Below, piece by piece: positions 29,796 to 39,116 of a stretch of DNA of 64,000 nucleotides. Numbering within the stretch: the stretch's first letter is position 1; each line of letters opens with the position of its first letter. The DNA comes from Deltaproteobacteria bacterium. GTDB lineage: Bacteria > Desulfobacterota > GWC2-55-46 > DRQE01. The notes beneath the pieces are model-generated. The model saw only the letters and a list, made by a program, of their open reading frames with translations, was not told the DNA's origin and made no database searches. The stretch covers positions 36,423-100,422 of the forward strand of contig JAOUFM010000007.1 of assembly GCA_029858205.1 (NCBI GenBank). Direction: 5' to 3'. A program made the position numbers and the translations under genes.

Positions 29796-29838
29796 TGGTT
29801 GTTCTCCGGCGCTTTTTTTGGTTTCTTTTGCCAAGTCT

Positions 29839-30411
29839 CTATCCTCCAAGCTTTACGGTACTAAGCGGCGTGTGCAGCGCGCCGTCTGGTTTCAGCGCGC
29901 TTTTAAAGAGCGTTATTTCCGTTACCTTCCACGCGGCCTCGAACTTTACGTCCGGTTTTTCGATTGCCTCGCGTATTCCTTTTCCAGCCGCTTTCTCCCT
30001 GACCCTGCAAAGCGTCAGGTGAGGGGAGAACGGTTTATCGTTCTTTGGGATTGCCAGTTGGGCAAGCCCTTTGTCAATCGCGGCATGCAGGCTTTTTAGC
30101 GCCCCGCTGCCGTCTATGCCCACCCATACTACCCGTGGAGATTTGGGCGAGGGGAATGCGCCGATTCCTTTGGCCGTGATATCGAACTCCGTCGCATGTT
30201 TTGCCGCTTCCTGCAGTGTTCGCGATATCTTCTCTATGTCAGCATCCTCGATGTCGCCGAGGAACTTTATCGTAACGTGCATGGTTTCCGGCTTCGACCA
30301 TGATATTGCCTTGATAGGGCAGAGCGTTTTAAGTGTCTCAAGAAGACGCTTCAGGCCTTTTTTTGTTTCTTCCGGTATCTCTATCGCTATAAAGGCCCGT
30401 ATCTTTGCCAA
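29839..30411 (-). CDS. thpR: RNA 2',3'-cyclic phosphodiesterase (2H family, ThpR/LigT)
   Basis: Two HxT/Sx motifs (HVTIKF and HLTLCR) at the expected spacing. 190 aa. Confidence 0.82.
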   Translation of the reverse strand: MAKIRAFIAIEIPEETKKGLKRLLETLKTLCPIKAISWSKPETMHVTIKFLGDIEDADIEKISRTLQEAAKHATEFDITAKGIGAFPSPKSPRVVWVGIDGSGALKSLHAAIDKGLAQLAIPKNDKPFSPHLTLCRVREKAAGKGIREAIEKPDVKFEAAWKVTEITLFKSALKPDGALHTPLSTVKLGG

Positions 30412-30417
30412 AACTAC

Positions 30418-30894
30418 CTAGCCGGCTATGAACTTTTTAAGCAACCAAACGGCTTTTGAAGCGGTCTTTTTCCTGATTGCCGTTCTCGAGCCTTTGAAGT
30501 TGAACCTTTGGACGCGAAGCCTTTTTCTGTCGCAAACTGCTATATATACCGTTCCTACGGGCTTGTCTTTTGTGCCGCCAGAAGGGCCTGCGATGCCGGT
30601 AACAGCCGCGGCGTAGCCGGCTTTCAGTTTTTTTAGCGCCCCTTTTGCCATAAGCGCTGCGGTTTGCTCTGATACCGCGCCGCTTTTTCTTATTACCGAA
30701 GCCTTTACGTCGAGGATATTTGTCTTTACGCCGTTACCGTATGCCACTATCGAGCCTTGAAACCACTTTGAGCTTCCGGGCACTTCCGTAAGCATGGCGC
30801 CGATGAGCCCGCCTGTGCACGATTCCGCCAGCGCAAGCGTTTCTCCGGAGGCAGCCATTATCTTTGCCAGTATCTTTGCCTCGCGTGCGCTCAT
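30418..30894 (-). CDS. pncC: CinA C-terminal domain protein / nicotinamide-nucleotide amidohydrolase PncC
   Basis: LALAESCTGGLIGAMLTEVPGSS motif, 158 aa, and the classic position upstream of recA. Confidence 0.87.
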   Translation of the reverse strand: MSAREAKILAKIMAASGETLALAESCTGGLIGAMLTEVPGSSKWFQGSIVAYGNGVKTNILDVKASVIRKSGAVSEQTAALMAKGALKKLKAGYAAAVTGIAGPSGGTKDKPVGTVYIAVCDRKRLRVQRFNFKGSRTAIRKKTASKAVWLLKKFIAG

Positions 30895-31367
30895 AAAACG
30901 TATTTTATGACGACCTGGGCAAGTATATTTGCGTATATCCCTGCTGCCACGTCATCCAAAACGATTCCCAATCCCCCCGGCACCCGCTTGTCTAGCAGGC
31001 CCACGGGGTAGGGTTTAAGGATATCAAAAAACCTGAAAAGAATAAAGCTTAATATTACGTTGGTCAAGTTGAAGGGGATAAACAGGGTTGCCGCGGCAAA
31101 CCCGGCTATTTCGTCGCAAACGACCTTGCCGGGGTCTTTTTTCCCGAGCAGCTTTGCGGCCTCGTCTGCCAGGTATATGCTGACGATAATGATCGCAGCT
31201 ACCACGACAACCGCAGCCGGGGTTACGAGCTTCGATATGCCGAAAAATACCGGTATGCCCCAGAGCGTGCCGAAGGTGCCGGAGGCCACAGGCATGTATC
31301 CCAGGTACGTGCCCGATGCGAAAAACATTATGGCGCGATTTTTTGGCGTGTTCATAGGGGCGGTCAT
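30891..31367 (-). CDS. pgpA: Phosphatidylglycerophosphatase A
   Basis: Only the last 158 codons of the 479-aa track ORF are protein-like (GTFGTLWGIP, CDEIAGF, DILKPYP, DDVAAGIYA = PgpA motifs). The upstream part overlaps rodA in another frame. Confidence 0.87.
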   Translation of the reverse strand: MTAPMNTPKNRAIMFFASGTYLGYMPVASGTFGTLWGIPVFFGISKLVTPAAVVVVAAIIIVSIYLADEAAKLLGKKDPGKVVCDEIAGFAAATLFIPFNLTNVILSFILFRFFDILKPYPVGLLDKRVPGGLGIVLDDVAAGIYANILAQVVIKYVL

Positions 31368-31375
31368 GGCATGTT

Positions 31376-32467
31376 TTAGAACATGAACCTCCTCATGTGG
31401 ATGTTGATTAAGAGCGCGATAGCTATCATTGTAGAGAGGAGAAACGACCCTCCGTAGCTTAGAAACGGCATGGGCACTCCAACGACCGGCAAAAACCCGA
31501 TGACCATGAAGGCGTTCATTGTGACGTGCCAGAATATCAAAGCCGTGAAGCCAAATGCCAGGAGAAAGCCGAAGCGGTCCTTTGATTTGTTTGCGATGTC
31601 TATGCCGCGAAGTATGAGCACCATGAAAAGGAACATGACGACGATTGCGCCCAGGAACCCCCATTCTTCCGCAAAGACAGGGAAGACGAAGTCCGTGTGG
31701 TGTTCGGGCAGAAAGTATAGCGAGCCCTGTGTGCCCTGCAGGTAACCTTTGCCGGTGAAGCCGCCGGAGCCTATGGCAATCTTGGATTGGAATGTGTGGT
31801 ATCCGGAGCCCAGCGGATCCATGGACGGGTCTATGAAGCTTAAAAGCCGCGCCTTTTGATAGTCCTTGAGGAAGCGCCATGCAAATGGTATGAATGCGGC
31901 CATGGACACGCATGTCAGGATGAGTGCTACCCAGGTTACCCTGACTATGAGTATCATCGAGACGGCTATTGCCGCAAGTATTAACCCTGTGCCGAGGTCT
32001 GGTTGCTTTGCTATGAGAAGAAACGGCACGATGAATATTAGCCCCGGTATGATGAGTTCCCTTATGCCGAGCCCCCATCTGTCGGCCTTTTTCTTGGAGA
32101 GGTATGCTGCAAGCGCTATTATGAGGGCGATTTTTGCCAGTTCCGAGGGCTGTATGTTCATGAACCCGAGCGAGAGCCACCTCTTTGCCCCTGCTATTCT
32201 CGTGCCGGCGATGAGCACCAGAACGAGGCTTGCAATTGATATGCCGTAGATGTGGTACGCGAACTTCTCGATTGTCGAGTAGCTTATGAGGATAAGCGGC
32301 AGCGAAACGATAAGGCCGATTATGAACCACGTAAGCTGCTTTGCGTAGAAAGGAGTGTCTTCGAGCCTCGTTGCGCTGTAGATGTTAAAGAGCCCGATGA
32401 CGGCGAGCGAGAAGGTCACGGCAACGAGAAAAAAGTCTATTTGCGACAAATGGCGGCGGTCAATCAT
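31376..32467 (-). CDS. rodA: Peptidoglycan glycosyltransferase RodA (SEDS family)
   Basis: About 10 TM segments and SEDS motifs (QPSELAK, TDFVF, EEWGF, PLPFLSYGGS). Lies downstream of mrdA. Confidence 0.93.
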   Translation of the reverse strand: MIDRRHLSQIDFFLVAVTFSLAVIGLFNIYSATRLEDTPFYAKQLTWFIIGLIVSLPLILISYSTIEKFAYHIYGISIASLVLVLIAGTRIAGAKRWLSLGFMNIQPSELAKIALIIALAAYLSKKKADRWGLGIRELIIPGLIFIVPFLLIAKQPDLGTGLILAAIAVSMILIVRVTWVALILTCVSMAAFIPFAWRFLKDYQKARLLSFIDPSMDPLGSGYHTFQSKIAIGSGGFTGKGYLQGTQGSLYFLPEHHTDFVFPVFAEEWGFLGAIVVMFLFMVLILRGIDIANKSKDRFGFLLAFGFTALIFWHVTMNAFMVIGFLPVVGVPMPFLSYGGSFLLSTMIAIALLINIHMRRFMF

Positions 32468-34472
32468 GCGCTTCTTCCGTTTTCTTTTTTTCCGGCAGCA
32501 CTGCCGCCTCAGGCGCTGCCGTGCCTTCGGCCGGTTTTTTGTCTGCGGGCGCGGTATTTTCGGCCTGGGCAGGCGCCGTAGCCTTCGAAGGCGCTGTCTT
32601 TTCCGTTTTTTGAATTACCGGTTTTGCCTGTTCGGTTATAGCGTCCTTTTTAAGGTACGCGCGTATGACCTTTAGCGCAACAGGGGCCGCTGCCCTTGCT
32701 CCGAACCCTCCGTGCTCTACGATGACGGCAACGGCGATTTTCGGGTCGTCAAACGGCGCAAACCCGACAAAGAGCGCGTGGTCGCGGTTCTTGTATGCTA
32801 TTTTAGATATGTCGCGGATTCTTTCGGTCATTCTTCTTACCTGCGCTGTGCCGGTCTTTCCGGCTATCTTTAGAGAGGGGTCGTTTATGGAGCCTGCTGT
32901 GCCGCCTTCCTCGATTACAACGCCTCTGAGCGCATTTCTCACGACCTCGATATTTTCCGGGGATGCGTCCAGTGTGCGCCGTATTTTTGGCATGAATTGT
33001 TCTATGACCTCGCCGTTAACTGACTCTATGCTCTCGATGAACCCGGGGGCGTAGACGTCGCCGCCGTTGGCTATGGCAGCGTAGAGTATCGCAAGCTGGA
33101 GAGGGGTGGCGAGCACGTAGCCTTGTCCAACGGTTATGGGAATGGTCTCGCCTTCTATCCACTGCTTGCCGTAGGTCTTCATCTTCCAGTCTTTGGTCGG
33201 TATGAGCCCGACCTGTTCGCCTCTTAATTTGATGCCGGTTTTTTCGCCAAGCCCAAAGTCCTTTGCGTATTTAGCTATGTTGTCGACGCCTGTCTTAAGC
33301 CCTGCCTGGTAGAAGAATGTGTCGGAGGATTCCACTATGGCCCTGTGCACGTTGATGGAGCCGTGCCCGGATGGCTTCCAGTCCCTGAAGTCTCTGTTGC
33401 CGAACCTGAATGAGCCGCCTGAATATATCTTTGTATCGGGTTTGATAGTGCCTGTTTCAAGAGCTGCGAGCGCGGTTACCGGCTTGAAAGTGGAGGCAGG
33501 GGGGTAAGAGCCCTGTACCGCCCGGTTCGTAAGCGGGTCTGCCTCGTCCTCGGTAAGCGTTTTCCAGTCTTCTTCGGATATGCCGTATGACATCAGGTCA
33601 GGAGGAAACGACGGCGTGCTAACTAGCGCAAGAATCCTGCCGCTTTTCGGGTCTATGGCAACGACCGCTCCGCGCTCTTTTCCAAGGCCTTCCCACGCGG
33701 CCCTTTGTGTTGGGTAGTCTATGGTAAGGCGCACGGTGTGTCCGGGCGAGGGGGCAATCTTCTTTATCGTTCTTATCGGGCGGCCGTGCGCGTCGACCTC
33801 GACCTGTCTGCCGCCGTGCACGCCTTTTAGCGTTGCCTCGAAGGAGCTCTCCATGCCGAACTTTCCTATGAAATCGCCTGGCGCGTAGACACCCCCGGCG
33901 TCCGCGTTCATGCTGACAAGCTCGGTTGAGTTTATCTCGGAGACGTAGCCCAGCACGTGGGCCATGGCCTCTGCGCCTTCGATATAGGTTCTTCTCGGCT
34001 CGGCCTCGACATACACGCCGTGCAGCTCGTACTCGTGCATGGTAATGGCAGCCATTTCATCCCATCCGATGTCGCTTTTTATCTTGATGGGGTTATAGGG
34101 GGCGCGCTTTTTCTTTTCCTTGGCGATTTTGTCGTCCAGGTATTTAGGGTCTATGCCTGCGCGCGTTGAGAGGAAAGTGCGCGTAAAGTCCATGTCGTTT
34201 ACGTCTTCGGGTACGACGTAGAGGGTGAAGCTAGGCTTATTTTCGGCAAGAAGCGTTCCGTTTGCGTCGTAGACCATCCCTCTTGCCGCGTAGTTCTTTA
34301 TGAGGCGTATCCTGTTGTTCATGGAGAGGTCGCCGAAGTAGTCGGAGTTCATAAGCTGCAGGTGCCAGAGCCTTCCGGCGATGATTATGAACGCGGCTAT
34401 GACGAGGCCTGTTACCCAGACTGTTCTTGCTCTTAGCTCTGCCGGATCCTTTTCTCCGATGAATCCGCTCAT
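32460..34472 (-). CDS. mrdA: Penicillin-binding protein 2 (elongasome transpeptidase) with a low-complexity C-terminal tail
   Basis: N-terminal TM anchor plus transpeptidase motifs STFK (PASTFKPV) and KTGT (GKTGTAQV). Position is between mreD and rodA. Confidence 0.93.
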   Translation of the reverse strand: MSGFIGEKDPAELRARTVWVTGLVIAAFIIIAGRLWHLQLMNSDYFGDLSMNNRIRLIKNYAARGMVYDANGTLLAENKPSFTLYVVPEDVNDMDFTRTFLSTRAGIDPKYLDDKIAKEKKKRAPYNPIKIKSDIGWDEMAAITMHEYELHGVYVEAEPRRTYIEGAEAMAHVLGYVSEINSTELVSMNADAGGVYAPGDFIGKFGMESSFEATLKGVHGGRQVEVDAHGRPIRTIKKIAPSPGHTVRLTIDYPTQRAAWEGLGKERGAVVAIDPKSGRILALVSTPSFPPDLMSYGISEEDWKTLTEDEADPLTNRAVQGSYPPASTFKPVTALAALETGTIKPDTKIYSGGSFRFGNRDFRDWKPSGHGSINVHRAIVESSDTFFYQAGLKTGVDNIAKYAKDFGLGEKTGIKLRGEQVGLIPTKDWKMKTYGKQWIEGETIPITVGQGYVLATPLQLAILYAAIANGGDVYAPGFIESIESVNGEVIEQFMPKIRRTLDASPENIEVVRNALRGVVIEEGGTAGSINDPSLKIAGKTGTAQVRRMTERIRDISKIAYKNRDHALFVGFAPFDDPKIAVAVIVEHGGFGARAAAPVALKVIRAYLKKDAITEQAKPVIQKTEKTAPSKATAPAQAENTAPADKKPAEGTAAPEAAVLPEKKKTEEAHD

Positions 34473-34960
34473 ATGGAGTCCTTATTCGTATGGCCGTAGA
34501 GCTTTGGCGCAGGGAGCCTGTCGAAGAGGTTGAAGATAAAGGGCGCGAGTATGCCGGTAAAGGCCGCTACCGGCACCGTGTGGAGCAGAAACGATGTTGC
34601 CTGTATGCCGATAGAGTTAAGGACCAGGAGCGTGCATATGCCCTTTGAGAGCGCGGCAACGGCCGAGGCCGCGGCCTTCACGGGCGTTGATTCGAAGCGC
34701 AGCTTCAATCTGATAAGGTACGTGACGCCGTAGAGCACGGCGAAGGCGAAGGAGGTGGAGCCGATTACGTTGCCGTAGAACGTGTCCTCGATGTAGCCCA
34801 GGCAGAAGGCGAGGAACGCGCCCGATGCGGACGGGCGGTTATATGCCGTGTAGAAGACAGAGAGGAGCACGACGTCTGGCAGCGGTATAGATGGCGCAAT
34901 CGTGGTCTTTATGGAGAGGAACACGAGCGCTACCGGTATGTATGTTATGTAGTCCTTCAT
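34469..34960 (-). CDS. mreD: Rod shape-determining protein MreD
   Basis: 163-aa polytopic membrane protein between mreC and mrdA, with 4-nt overlaps on both sides. Confidence 0.78.
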   Translation of the reverse strand: MKDYITYIPVALVFLSIKTTIAPSIPLPDVVLLSVFYTAYNRPSASGAFLAFCLGYIEDTFYGNVIGSTSFAFAVLYGVTYLIRLKLRFESTPVKAAASAVAALSKGICTLLVLNSIGIQATSFLLHTVPVAAFTGILAPFIFNLFDRLPAPKLYGHTNKDSI

Positions 34961-35892
34961 GTCTTTTTCCCCAAAGGCGGCTGCGGCGCTGGCTTGGGCT
35001 TTTGCCCCTTGTTTTTGGCCTTTTTCTCTTTCTCCTCGGTATTTAGTGGCAGGCTCTGGCGGCTGGTTATTATGAGCACGCTTTCTATTTTGGTTATGTC
35101 TGCCGCCGGGTTGACGATTATGTTCTTGAAGAACTTATCCTCGGACTCCCGTACTTCCGCTACCTTTCCTACGATAAGGCCCTTTGGGTATATGCCTGCG
35201 AGCCCTGCGGTAATAACGACATCGTCCTTGGCCGCGTCATCGAGCATTTTTACGTAATTTAAGCGAAGCGCCCCTGTGTTGTCGCCTTCGACAACGCCCT
35301 TTACGCGGGTTCTCTGGATGGTTACGTCTATGTTCGACCGCGGGTCCGTCAGTAGCAGTACCCTGGACGTAGACCTCGTTACCTCTACCACGCGGCCGAT
35401 GACGCCCTCCGGCGTTACTACCGCCATGTCCGTGTCTATGCCGTCTTTGATGCCCTTGTTTACCAGGAACGTCCTTGCCCAGCCGCCGCCCAGGTTAAGG
35501 CCGCTAAATGCCACTATATCGGCTGTGACAGTGGCAGTGGTTTGTTCCTGCAGTCCGCGCGAGTATATGCCGAGCTCTTCAGCTCTCTTTGCGTGGATGA
35601 GGGTTTCTTTGAGCGCGTTGTTTTCTGCGGTGAGTTCGTCGACTTTGTTTTTTAGCCCGGCGTTCTCGTCTCTTAGGCCAATAAGGTATATGTAACCGTT
35701 CCATACGCCGGCTATGGCGCTGCCGGTGGAAGAGCTTACCTGCTGTATGGGCCTCGATACGGCGAGGATGACCGTGCCGACGATTCTCTCGCCGCCAGTT
35801 CCACGCTCCGAGGTCGTTACCATGTGGAGCGATATCAGCGATAGAAATACCGATACGAAAAGCACATGGTATCTCTTGAGGTAGGCAAGCAT
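34957..35892 (-). CDS. mreC: Rod shape-determining protein MreC
   Basis: N-terminal TM, a coiled-coil (ENAGLKNKVDELTAENNALKE), and beta-barrel domains. Position follows mreB. Confidence 0.87.
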   Translation of the reverse strand: MLAYLKRYHVLFVSVFLSLISLHMVTTSERGTGGERIVGTVILAVSRPIQQVSSSTGSAIAGVWNGYIYLIGLRDENAGLKNKVDELTAENNALKETLIHAKRAEELGIYSRGLQEQTTATVTADIVAFSGLNLGGGWARTFLVNKGIKDGIDTDMAVVTPEGVIGRVVEVTRSTSRVLLLTDPRSNIDVTIQRTRVKGVVEGDNTGALRLNYVKMLDDAAKDDVVITAGLAGIYPKGLIVGKVAEVRESEDKFFKNIIVNPAADITKIESVLIITSRQSLPLNTEEKEKKAKNKGQKPKPAPQPPLGKKT

Positions 35893-35897
35893 TGCTT

Positions 35898-36932
35898 TTA
35901 GTTGGGAATTGTGACTTCCCTTATAAGCTTGATGTCATCGAGGGCTTTTCCGGCGCCTTTGACAACGCAGGTGAGCGGGTCCTCGGCTATTGTCACGGGC
36001 AGCTTTGTTTCGTCCCTGAGTATCACGTCAAGGTTCTTCATGAGAGCGCCGCCTCCGGCAAGCACGATGCCTTTATCCACCATGTCTGCGGCGAGTTCCG
36101 GCGGTGTGGTCTCCAGCACCTGCTTTATGGCCTCGACCAGGGCATTTAGCGGCTCGTTTAGTGCCTCGCGTATCTCGTGCGAGGATATCTCTATCGTCGC
36201 CGGTATGCCGGTTACGAGGTTCGAGCCCTTTATCTCCATCATCACGACCTCGTCCTCCGGAAGACACAGGCCGTACTCCATCTTTATCGTCTCCGCTACG
36301 CCGGTGCCTATGGCGAGGTTGAACTTTCTCTTGATATACTGCACTATGGCCTCGTCGAACTTGTCGCCTCCGACGCGAAGCGACTTCGCCCTGACTATTC
36401 CGTAGAGCGATATGACAGCTATCTCGGAGGTTCCGCCGCCGATGTCGACTATCATGTTGGCGGATGGTTCGGTGATTGGCAGCCCGGCGCCGATTGCGGC
36501 GGCCATTGGCTCTTCTATAAGGTAGACCTCACCGGCTCCGGCCGAGTACGCCGATTCTCTGACGGCCCTCATCTCTACCTGCGTTATGCCGGATGGCACT
36601 CCGACGATGATGCGCGGCCTTACGAGAAGGCGCCGGTTATGCACTTTCGCGATGAAGTACTTTAGCATTTCTTCCGTTACCTCGAAGTCGGCGATGACGC
36701 CGTCCTTTAGGGGGCGAATGGCAGAGATGTTGCCAGGAGTTTTTCCGAGCATAGCCTTTGCCTCTTTGCCGACCGCGAGAACTTTCTTGGCGCCGCCTTC
36801 GCTGCGTTTAACGGCAACGACCGAGGGCTCGTTTATCACGATGCCTTTGCCTTTTACGAATATAAGGGTGCTTGCCGTGCCAAGATCTATTGCGAGATCG
36901 TTTGAGAAAAGACCGAGTAGATAGTTAAACAT
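35898..36932 (-). CDS. mreB: Rod shape-determining actin homologue MreB
   Basis: [24 protein letters not shown] and [11 protein letters not shown] motifs. 344 aa. Confidence 0.98.
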   Translation of the reverse strand: MFNYLLGLFSNDLAIDLGTASTLIFVKGKGIVINEPSVVAVKRSEGGAKKVLAVGKEAKAMLGKTPGNISAIRPLKDGVIADFEVTEEMLKYFIAKVHNRRLLVRPRIIVGVPSGITQVEMRAVRESAYSAGAGEVYLIEEPMAAAIGAGLPITEPSANMIVDIGGGTSEIAVISLYGIVRAKSLRVGGDKFDEAIVQYIKRKFNLAIGTGVAETIKMEYGLCLPEDEVVMMEIKGSNLVTGIPATIEISSHEIREALNEPLNALVEAIKQVLETTPPELAADMVDKGIVLAGGGALMKNLDVILRDETKLPVTIAEDPLTCVVKGAGKALDDIKLIREVTIPN

Positions 36933-37155
36933 GGTTCTCCTTGTAGGTTATTACCCGAAATATTTCTTTATCGTATCAGATTGGTTCGGCGCTTGGCAAG
37001 CGGAAAATTTTTCAAAATGGTTGAATTTATGTAGAAAATCTATTAACATACTGCCTTGTCCAAAACCCCGGAACACGGCGCATGGTATCGAAGCGTATTG
37101 TTTTGGCGGTGCTTTTGTGAAGGATTGTAAAATATCTCAAGGAGGTTTTTGATAA

Positions 37156-39081
37156 ATGCTCGAATTTATGCGGAAAAGGCGCAATTCAACGCTGCTGCTC
37201 GTTGTATTTGCGGTCATAATACTTGTGTTTTTGTTCTTTGGTCTCGGGCCGCCCGGCAACGTGGATAGCGAGAAGTCGCTCTTTGCAACAGTCAACGGCG
37301 TTAAGATACCGGCCTCGGCCTATAACGCGGCTTACAAAAGAGAGCTCGATAATTATAAGTACATGTACGGCGACAAGCTCGACTCGAAGATGCTCGAAAA
37401 GCTCAATTTGCGTAAAACCGTCGGCGACATGCTCATAAACAGGACACTCATACTGACCATGGCCAAGAAGGAAGGTGTCGAGGCCGGCAGGGACGATGTT
37501 CGAAACGAGATAATGAAGAACCAGATATTTCAGAAGGACGGCGCCTATGACCTGAACCTCTATCTGAACATACTTTCTTCAAGTGGCGTAAAACCCGAGG
37601 ACTATGAGGAGAGCGTTAAGGAGGAGCTTATCATCAGGAAGTTAAGGGAGCGCGTTATCGCAGACATAAAGGTGACAGACGATGATGTGAAGACGCTCTA
37701 CGGTAAGCAGAACCGCGAGATATCGTTTAAGTACGCAGAGGCCGCGCCCTCTGGCTTTAAGTCCCAGATGACCGTTACCGATGCCGAGGCCGCGGAGTAT
37801 CTAAAGGTAAACGGCGATGCCTTCATGGTTCCGGACAAGGTCAAGGCCGTGTACGCGTCTATAGACAAGGCCGTTGCCGCAAGGTCTGTAAAAGTCACAG
37901 ATAAGGATATGAAGGATTATTATACCGAGAATATCGAGAAGTACCGGCTGCCCGCGGAGTTCAAGGCCCGCCACATTCTTTTGAGGGTCAACAGGGACGC
38001 TTCTGGCAAGGTGGATGAAAAGGACAAGGCTTCAAAGAAAACTAAGATGGACGGCATCGTCGAGCGCCTTAAAAAGGGCGAGGACTTCGCTGTTCTTGCA
38101 AAGGAGTTTTCCGACGACCCCGGCAGCGCTGCCGAGGGCGGTGACCTCGGGTACCTCAGGCTCGAGCAGATGGTTGCGCCGTTTGCCAATGCCGTGAGCA
38201 TGCTTAAGATAGGCGAGACAAGCCCTGTCGTGGAAACGGACTTCGGGCTGCATGTGATAAAGCTCGAGGCCATAAAGCAGGAGAGCGTAAAGACCTTTGA
38301 TAGTGTTAAGGCTGAAATAGGCTCGGTATTGAAGACCATAAAGTCAACGGATGCCGCTGGCAGGCTTGTAGAGGAGATTGCCGGCGTGCTAAGGGCCGAG
38401 TCGTCCGTTGCAAAGATAAAGACCGAGGCTTCAAAGCGAGGAGCGGTTGTTGTAGAAACAGGATTTATAACCGAGAATGACGCTAATGCGGAACTACTAA
38501 AGCACAAGGGCATTGCAGACGCAGTATTTATGACGGACAAGGGCGCTGTGACAGGCATTATAGACGAGGGCAGCAGGCTCTACGTGGCTAAGGTGCTCGA
38601 CAGGATAGACCGCCACGTGCCGCCTATAAAGGATATAATGGCCTCTGTAAAGGACATGGCAAAGGCCGAGAAGGCAGTAAAGGCCGCTTCGGCAAAGGCT
38701 TCCGAGTTATTGGAGCTTTTAAAGGGCGGTATGAGCATTGACGAGGCAGCAAAGAAGCTTGGCCTTAAGTCCGGGAAGACGGCATATACGTCGTACTCAA
38801 AGGGCGCGATACCGGAGCTTAAGCTATCGGGCGTAAGAAACGACGACCTGTTTGCGCTTAGCAAGGAGAACCCCTATTACCGCGAGCCCATTGAGTCGGC
38901 AGGGTCGTTCTACGTGCTTGCCTTCGGCGATGCGAAGGCAGCTGACATGAGCGGCTTCGAGGCAAAGAAGACCTCGGTTGCCGATTGGCTGCTGACGGTT
39001 AAGAAGAAAGAGGCAATGGACAAGTGGCTCGAGGATGCAAAGGCCAAGGCAAAGATAAAGGTGAACGAGAACTACCTGTAG
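37156..39081 (+). CDS. ppiD: Periplasmic chaperone/peptidyl-prolyl isomerase PpiD-like
   Basis: N-terminal TM anchor, a SurA_N-like region, and a parvulin domain (ARHILL..FSDDPGSAAEGGDLGY..FGLHVIKL). 641 aa. Confidence 0.8.
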   Translation: MLEFMRKRRNSTLLLVVFAVIILVFLFFGLGPPGNVDSEKSLFATVNGVKIPASAYNAAYKRELDNYKYMYGDKLDSKMLEKLNLRKTVGDMLINRTLILTMAKKEGVEAGRDDVRNEIMKNQIFQKDGAYDLNLYLNILSSSGVKPEDYEESVKEELIIRKLRERVIADIKVTDDDVKTLYGKQNREISFKYAEAAPSGFKSQMTVTDAEAAEYLKVNGDAFMVPDKVKAVYASIDKAVAARSVKVTDKDMKDYYTENIEKYRLPAEFKARHILLRVNRDASGKVDEKDKASKKTKMDGIVERLKKGEDFAVLAKEFSDDPGSAAEGGDLGYLRLEQMVAPFANAVSMLKIGETSPVVETDFGLHVIKLEAIKQESVKTFDSVKAEIGSVLKTIKSTDAAGRLVEEIAGVLRAESSVAKIKTEASKRGAVVVETGFITENDANAELLKHKGIADAVFMTDKGAVTGIIDEGSRLYVAKVLDRIDRHVPPIKDIMASVKDMAKAEKAVKAASAKASELLELLKGGMSIDEAAKKLGLKSGKTAYTSYSKGAIPELKLSGVRNDDLFALSKENPYYREPIESAGSFYVLAFGDAKAADMSGFEAKKTSVADWLLTVKKKEAMDKWLEDAKAKAKIKVNENYL

Positions 39082-39116
39082 CGCGACTTTACTGGCTTTG
39101 CGAGGGGATGGTATAG

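Noticed and set aside
31368-32330. Upstream two-thirds of the 479-aa ORF 30891..32330
   Set aside because: It is Arg/His/Pro-rich nonsense overlapping rodA in another frame. Only the last 158 codons (PgpA motifs) are credible.
36933-37155. TTGGCA...AATTTT sigma-54-like motif in the mreB/ppiD divergent region
   Set aside because: There is no TTGC -12 element at the required spacing.
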